Source: Trichomonas gallinae (lineage: Eukaryota). Taken from it: a DNA stretch of 32,823 nt. The stretch spans positions 1-32,823 of the forward strand of contig MRSU01005723.1 of assembly GCA_008369845.1 (NCBI GenBank), written 5' to 3'. The notes beneath the pieces were generated by a model. It worked only from the letters and a program-made list of their open reading frames with translations, searched no databases and was not told where the DNA came from. Position numbers and translations under genes: made by a program. Shown here piece by piece: positions 27,923 through 32,823 of the stretch. Position 1 is the stretch's first letter; every line of letters begins with the position of its first letter.

Positions 27923-28747
27923 TTATTTATTGATTTGCTTGATCTCATAAACATCTGTTCTTCTTGCTGATAATAAAGGTAACTGCTTCCTGATCGAATC
28001 TACCTTATTCAGATCAATATTAATAACATTCACGCTTTCTTCAATTCCGGCATTGAAAATAACATCTCCCCATGGACCGACGACTATAGAATTTGCATAT
28101 GACACGTATGATGCTTGTGTGTTTCTTGCTGGCGCACATCCGATTGTATAGACCTGGTTGTCGACTGCTCTTTGTCTGAACAACAACTCCCAGTGAGCTG
28201 GGCCTGTTGTCATGTTAAAAGCAGCAGGAACAATGAAAATTTTAGCGCCTTGCAATGCCATGATTCTTGAAAGTTCTGGGAAGCGGAAATCGAAACAAAT
28301 GCAGACACCAATCTTACATATTGATGTGTCAACGACTGTAACTTCATTTCCTGGTGTTAAAGCGTCGGATTCTTTGAATCTTTGTCCACCTTCAACATCG
28401 ATATCGAACATATGCATTTTTCTGTGTTTTCCAATCTGTCTACCTTGTTGATCGAAAATAAATGAGGTATTGTAGATTTTATTGTCGCAAAATTCTGGAA
28501 TCGATCCTCCGACAAGGATTACTTTGTTAATTTTAGCCATATTCGATAATTTAGTCCATGTTTCGCCACCATCCGGTTCTGCATACTCTCTAAACTTGTT
28601 TGTTGCATAAGGTCCATTGAATATCTCAGGCAAAACTACTATTTCTGCGCCTTTTTCGGCACATTCACGGACTTTCTCAGCTGCACGAGCAACATTGACC
28701 AGTTTGTCTGTTCCACTGGCAAGCTGAATAATTCCGATTTTTACCAT
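27923..28747 (-). CDS. Carbon-nitrogen hydrolase (nitrilase superfamily, omega-amidase Nit2/YafV-like; 274 aa)
   Basis: Glu-Lys-Cys triad in VLPEIF, HRKMHMFDID and CICFDFRFPE. Also PAAFNMTTGPAHWELL, RAVDNQ and PWG. Confidence 0.95.
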   Translation of the reverse strand: MVKIGIIQLASGTDKLVNVARAAEKVRECAEKGAEIVVLPEIFNGPYATNKFREYAEPDGGETWTKLSNMAKINKVILVGGSIPEFCDNKIYNTSFIFDQQGRQIGKHRKMHMFDIDVEGGQRFKESDALTPGNEVTVVDTSICKIGVCICFDFRFPELSRIMALQGAKIFIVPAAFNMTTGPAHWELLFRQRAVDNQVYTIGCAPARNTQASYVSYANSIVVGPWGDVIFNAGIEESVNVINIDLNKVDSIRKQLPLLSARRTDVYEIKQINK

Positions 28748-28750
28748 CTT

Positions 28751-28758
28751 GTCACTTT
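28751..28758 (-). promoter_or_regulatory. AAAGTGAC core-promoter motif (M2-like)
   Basis: GTCACTTT on the + strand, 3 nt upstream of the nitrilase ATG. Confidence 0.6.
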
Positions 28759-30109
28759 TTAATTTTCATGTCACATTTTTTGATTTTTCAAGTTTTTACA
28801 CGAGAACATATCAATTTTATTTGATCATTGCATTACTGTTAACTAAATAAACCATTCGACGCAGTTTCACTTCATAACTAGAAATCTATCAAACAATCAA
28901 AAAATTATTTCGGTTAAATTGATTCTTCGCTCTTGATACAGTTTAGTTCTCGCATTCATTAACAGCTAATCATCAGAAAAAATGGTGAATTCATTGGTAA
29001 TATAATATTCGATTAAATTAATATCGATTTTACTCTATGGGGTATTCACATTATTAATACACATGTAATACAGTCATATAAACCAAACTGTATAGATATT
29101 TAGCAATATTATATACAAAAACGATAAAACGTTCGAAGAAATCAAGTTTGCATATCTTGCATTGAATACAATCGAGTTATTCAAAAGGGATACATTTTGC
29201 CATTCTTATTATCCCTAGAATTAAAAATTTTGATTTATAAAATAAGTTTCTTTTCAGTAATTTCTTTTTATTTTACATATTGTATAGCTCAGTAAATGAG
29301 TTAGATGATTTATGCCGCTCAAAAAATGAGTATTGATCTTTTTATCGATATCGAATGAACGTTCTTCTTCAGCGAGCTCAAAATCACGAATGTATATGCG
29401 AAATGCCTACGGTGAACGATAAAATGTTCGGGGCTGGGAAGTAGAACAAGACATTAATACGAGATTTGCTTTATATTCTACCGATGAGCAAAGGTATCTA
29501 TATAGTTGACAATCATCGTTAATAAAGACGAATTTGGACAAAAATTATCCGATATTAAATAAAGTTTGATAAAGCGTTGATGTAATCGTTTGCATTGCAA
29601 TATGTAGCATACAAACTTCATAAATCAGGAACAGTTCGTTTTGATTTTGCATGTTAAGTGTAAATCTTGTTCGAAATATTGGCAAAGAAGGATAATTGGA
29701 ACAAATACCTATAGAGGAACTCTTAGATAAGCATTACCAAACCTGAACCAATATGTTAAATATTTTGATCAAGTTTGTTTCTTAGAGCACAATAATGTTT
29801 ATAACCAAAAAACGTGAAAAATTCCAAATTGTTCAATTATATATCAATAATAGACATTTATCAATATAAATCTAACGAAATTACTAAGAGTAGTACTCCA
29901 GTGTATATAAAAACAAGATGTGGCCCATCGTTTTTTTGAAATTAGCCAAAAACACACCATAGATCAATATAAACACATTTTCTCAAGATGGCCAAAAACA
30001 CATTCAAATTCGAAAATTTTCAAAAACCTTTCAAATTTTCCTTATTTATAATGTTAAAATAAACACATAACATTTATAATTTCGATAACTTAATTTTGAA
30101 TGGTTATTA

Positions 30110-30270
30110 TAATGACTTGTTATTATAGAATACAATATCTAACTATTTAGGATTTAAACTGTGATTTGAATTGAATTCAAAATTTTAAATATTCTAATGA
30201 CTTGATATTATAGAATGCAATGTGATGTTATTAAGGAATTTGTGATTTAAAGCATGATTTGAATTAACAT
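30110..30270. repeat. Degenerate tandem duplication, period ~85 bp
   Basis: TAATGACTTGwTATTATAGAATrCAAT at 30110 and 30195 (25/27 identical). Each copy is followed by TATTwAGGA…TGATTTGAATT. Confidence 0.8.
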
Positions 30271-30634
30271 TGAATAAAAAAACCGTTTAGCATATATAAA
30301 ACGATCAAAATTAAAAATATTTTATAATAGCATATAAGTAATAAAATAAACTTATAGTATTAACGTACTTTTTCTATTTTTCGATTTTCTTAATAGGCAC
30401 ATATAGTATAGCAAGTGTATAAAATTACATTTTCTAAGAATTCATGCGGTTCATTTGAATGCATTGAAAAAATCCTGTAATCTTCACAAAAGCAATACAC
30501 AAATTTATTATAATTCTCCATTCCTTATATTATGGATTATCTAAAAGAGTAGATTATAAATTAAACTATTAAAAATTTGGTTGTTTTTACAAAAGTTACC
30601 CGACCATGGAATTTTTTTTTTTCGACTTTTATAC

Positions 30635-30655
30635 GCGGTTTTTTTTTTGCTCACT
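30635..30655 (+). promoter_or_regulatory. M3-like GCGGTTT + Inr (TCACT) core promoter
   Basis: GCGGTTT at 30635-30641 and TCACT at 30651-30655, which is 11 nt before ATG 30667. Confidence 0.6.
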
Positions 30656-30666
30656 TTTTTTACAGG

Positions 30667-32823
30667 ATGTCTGAACAACAAGTAGTATCAAGTCCTGTTG
30701 AAGCTGAAGTCAATGCAGCACATGACGAACAGCACCAGCAGGATTCAGAAGTGAACCAGATTGTCCAGCCTGCAATTGAATTAATTCGCAAAGCTGGTAA
30801 GGGTTCTAACGAAGGTTCTCTTGAAGAGATATCCATCGATGATATACTTTTCCAACTCGAATTTCTCTCTATGCAGGGTAATACGGAAGCTGATGAGCAG
30901 ATCAAGATTTTACACGATTTTCAAGCTCAAGAAAAGAAGCGAAGCATTGAGGAAAAGCGTCTAGCTGAGAAGAAGAAGCTCGAAGAGGAAAAAGAGAAGG
31001 CACAAAAAGCTCTTGAGGAAGAAAAGTTACGCCAAGGCCAGAGAGCCAAGGATCAGGCACGTACTCCTAAGAAGGAGCCAAAGCGCACTCCAAAGAAGAC
31101 AGAAGAAAAGGAGCATAAACCAAAGACTCCAATGGAGAAGGCTAATAAGCAGCCAAAGCAGCAGACTGTTGAAGAGCCACCGAAGGAGGAGTCCAAACCA
31201 GCTCCTGAGCCAAAGAAGGCTGAAGAACCACAGCTTTCGGAGAAAGAAAAGCAGCGCCTTGAAAATGAAAAGTTGTTAAACGAGCTTTTCGAAGCAGATC
31301 AACAAGCAGAGCAACAAAAACGCGAAGCAGGAAAGAAGCGTCAAGTCGCTCAAAAACAACAAGGCAAGGATAACAATCGCGAGAAACAAATACAAGCCCA
31401 AAAGGCGGAAGAAGAGAAGCATCGCAAGGAACAAGAGCAGAAGCGTCTCGAGGCTGAAAGACAGGCAATTGCTAAGAAAGAAGCCGAAGAAAAGAGAATT
31501 GCTGAGGCCAGTCGCCAAGCTGAGTTACAACGCCAGAAGCAAGAAGAGGAGGCTAAGAAGGCCGCCGAGGAACAGCGTAAGAACCAAAGACGCCAAAATG
31601 GCCCAAGAGATAATCAAAGAGGAAACGGACCCAACCAAAAGGACAACAGAAACAACAACAGGAGGCAAAATGATAGACGCCGCCGCCAAGAACCACAGCT
31701 TTCTGTTCCATCCAATGATCACATTCAACAGCATTTCGCTCAGGTTCCAGTTGCCCAGCAGCAGATCCCACCACAAGACCTTACATTCTCATCCTACTCT
31801 CCGTTCAGCAAGTCTGTCCAGGAGATCGAGGCTGAGCGCCAACAGGCAGAGAAGGCCGCCGCCGAGGTAGAGACAGCTCGCAGACAGAGGGAGGAGAGGC
31901 TTGCTGCAGAAGAAGCAGCCAAGCGCGCTGAAGAAGAGAAGAAGGCCGAGGAAGAAAGAAAGATCAGAGAGGCAAAGGAAGCCGAAGAACAAGCAAAGCG
32001 TGAAAGAATCGCTAGACAACGCGAAATCGAGGCAGAAAATACTCGCAGAAAGAAGCAAGCACAATACGAAAGAGATCAGGCTAAGCTTCGCGAAAGACTC
32101 GCAAGAAAGGCCGCTTTACAGGCTAGCAAGCAGGATAAGACTCCAGTTAAGCAACAGCAAACACCGAAGAAGGTCGAGCAGGTTGTTGAAGAGGAGCAGC
32201 CAAAGGTTGAAGAGCAGAAGGTCGAGGATGTCGATCCAGAGGTTCTTCGCCAGCAGGAAGAAGCACGCCGCCTTGAACAAGAACGCCGCGAGGAAGTCGA
32301 GTTCATCCGCGCTGCTATTGAGTTCGGCACACCAGTTACAGACGAGCAGAAGGCTTTAGTCGCCGCTTACGACAAGGAGATGGCTGAGAAGGCCGCCGAA
32401 GAAGAGCGCAAGAAGCAGGCTGAAGTCGAGGCAATGAAGGCCGAGTTGAAACGCCAGGAGGAGCTCAAGAAGGAGGCCGAGATAGCTGAATTACAGAAGA
32501 AACGCCAGGCAGAAGAGGCCGAGTTGCAGAAGAAGCGCCAGGCTGAAGTCGCCAAGAGACAACAGGCCATGAATGATGTCAGCCGCAAGGTTGAGCAGGA
32601 TCTTCTCAGAAAGGCCAGAGAGCAGGCTGAGAAGGCAGACCAGGCCGAGAAGAAGAAGGCCGAGGAAGCCAAGAAGGCAGCTGAAGCCGCCAAGCGTGCT
32701 GAGGACGAAAAGATGAAGGCCGAAGAGGATGCCAAGCGCGTTGAAGAAGAAAAGAAGAAGGCTGAGGAAGAGGCCAAGATCAAGGCAGAAGAAGACGCCA
32801 AGCGTGCTGAGGAAGAAAAGAAG
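30667..32823 (+). CDS. Large E/K/A/Q/R-rich coiled-coil / single-alpha-helix protein (trichohyalin-like), 3'-partial, at least 719 aa
   Basis: Translated by hand as MSEQQVVSSPVEAEVNAAHDEQ…AEEDAKRAEEEKK with no stop before the window end, which is probably why it is absent from the track. Inr upstream and strong AAG/GAG/GCC codon bias. Confidence 0.93.
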   Translation, partial: MSEQQVVSSPVEAEVNAAHDEQHQQDSEVNQIVQPAIELIRKAGKGSNEGSLEEISIDDILFQLEFLSMQGNTEADEQIKILHDFQAQEKKRSIEEKRLAEKKKLEEEKEKAQKALEEEKLRQGQRAKDQARTPKKEPKRTPKKTEEKEHKPKTPMEKANKQPKQQTVEEPPKEESKPAPEPKKAEEPQLSEKEKQRLENEKLLNELFEADQQAEQQKREAGKKRQVAQKQQGKDNNREKQIQAQKAEEEKHRKEQEQKRLEAERQAIAKKEAEEKRIAEASRQAELQRQKQEEEAKKAAEEQRKNQRRQNGPRDNQRGNGPNQKDNRNNNRRQNDRRRRQEPQLSVPSNDHIQQHFAQVPVAQQQIPPQDLTFSSYSPFSKSVQEIEAERQQAEKAAAEVETARRQREERLAAEEAAKRAEEEKKAEEERKIREAKEAEEQAKRERIARQREIEAENTRRKKQAQYERDQAKLRERLARKAALQASKQDKTPVKQQQTPKKVEQVVEEEQPKVEEQKVEDVDPEVLRQQEEARRLEQERREEVEFIRAAIEFGTPVTDEQKALVAAYDKEMAEKAAEEERKKQAEVEAMKAELKRQEELKKEAEIAELQKKRQAEEAELQKKRQAEVAKRQQAMNDVSRKVEQDLLRKAREQAEKADQAEKKKAEEAKKAAEAAKRAEDEKMKAEEDAKRVEEEKKKAEEEAKIKAEEDAKRAEEEKK

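Noticed and set aside
30638..30665. Possible short intron or 3' splice site (…TTTTTTACAG) before the last gene
   Set aside because: It lacks the conserved trichomonad GTAYGT donor and ACTAAC branch motif. It is better explained as Inr plus 5' UTR.
30660..32801. Many short ORFs on both strands in the last 2.2 kb
   Set aside because: They are shadow frames of the single long + strand ORF starting at 30667.

Overview
AT-rich, intron-poor eukaryotic DNA that is very probably Trichomonas vaginalis or a close parabasalid. This is inferred from the DUF3447-ankyrin gene, short intergenic spacers, and Inr (TCAYT) and AAAGTGAC core-promoter motifs next to start codons. There are about 14 protein-coding genes: DUF3447/ankyrin protein, Cys-rich F5/8-type-C protein, membrane-anchored S1/P1 nuclease, two small hypotheticals, a 7-TM protein, a head-to-head pair of related coiled-coil proteins, a cyclin, a 4008-aa DNAH6-like dynein heavy chain, a tail-anchored protein, a RING protein, a bacterial-looking nitrilase, and a charged-helix protein (30667 to the window end) that the ORF track missed. 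The most striking signal is that the full-length dynein has lost four catalytic elements of its main AAA1 ATPase site, suggesting a motor-dead 'pseudo-dynein'. Other points of interest are a TTTTGACA/TTTACATG motif array shared by two promoters and a GC-rich hairpin at the window start. No rRNA, tRNA, CRISPR array or intact transposon was seen. All family calls come from motif recognition by eye, not database searches.
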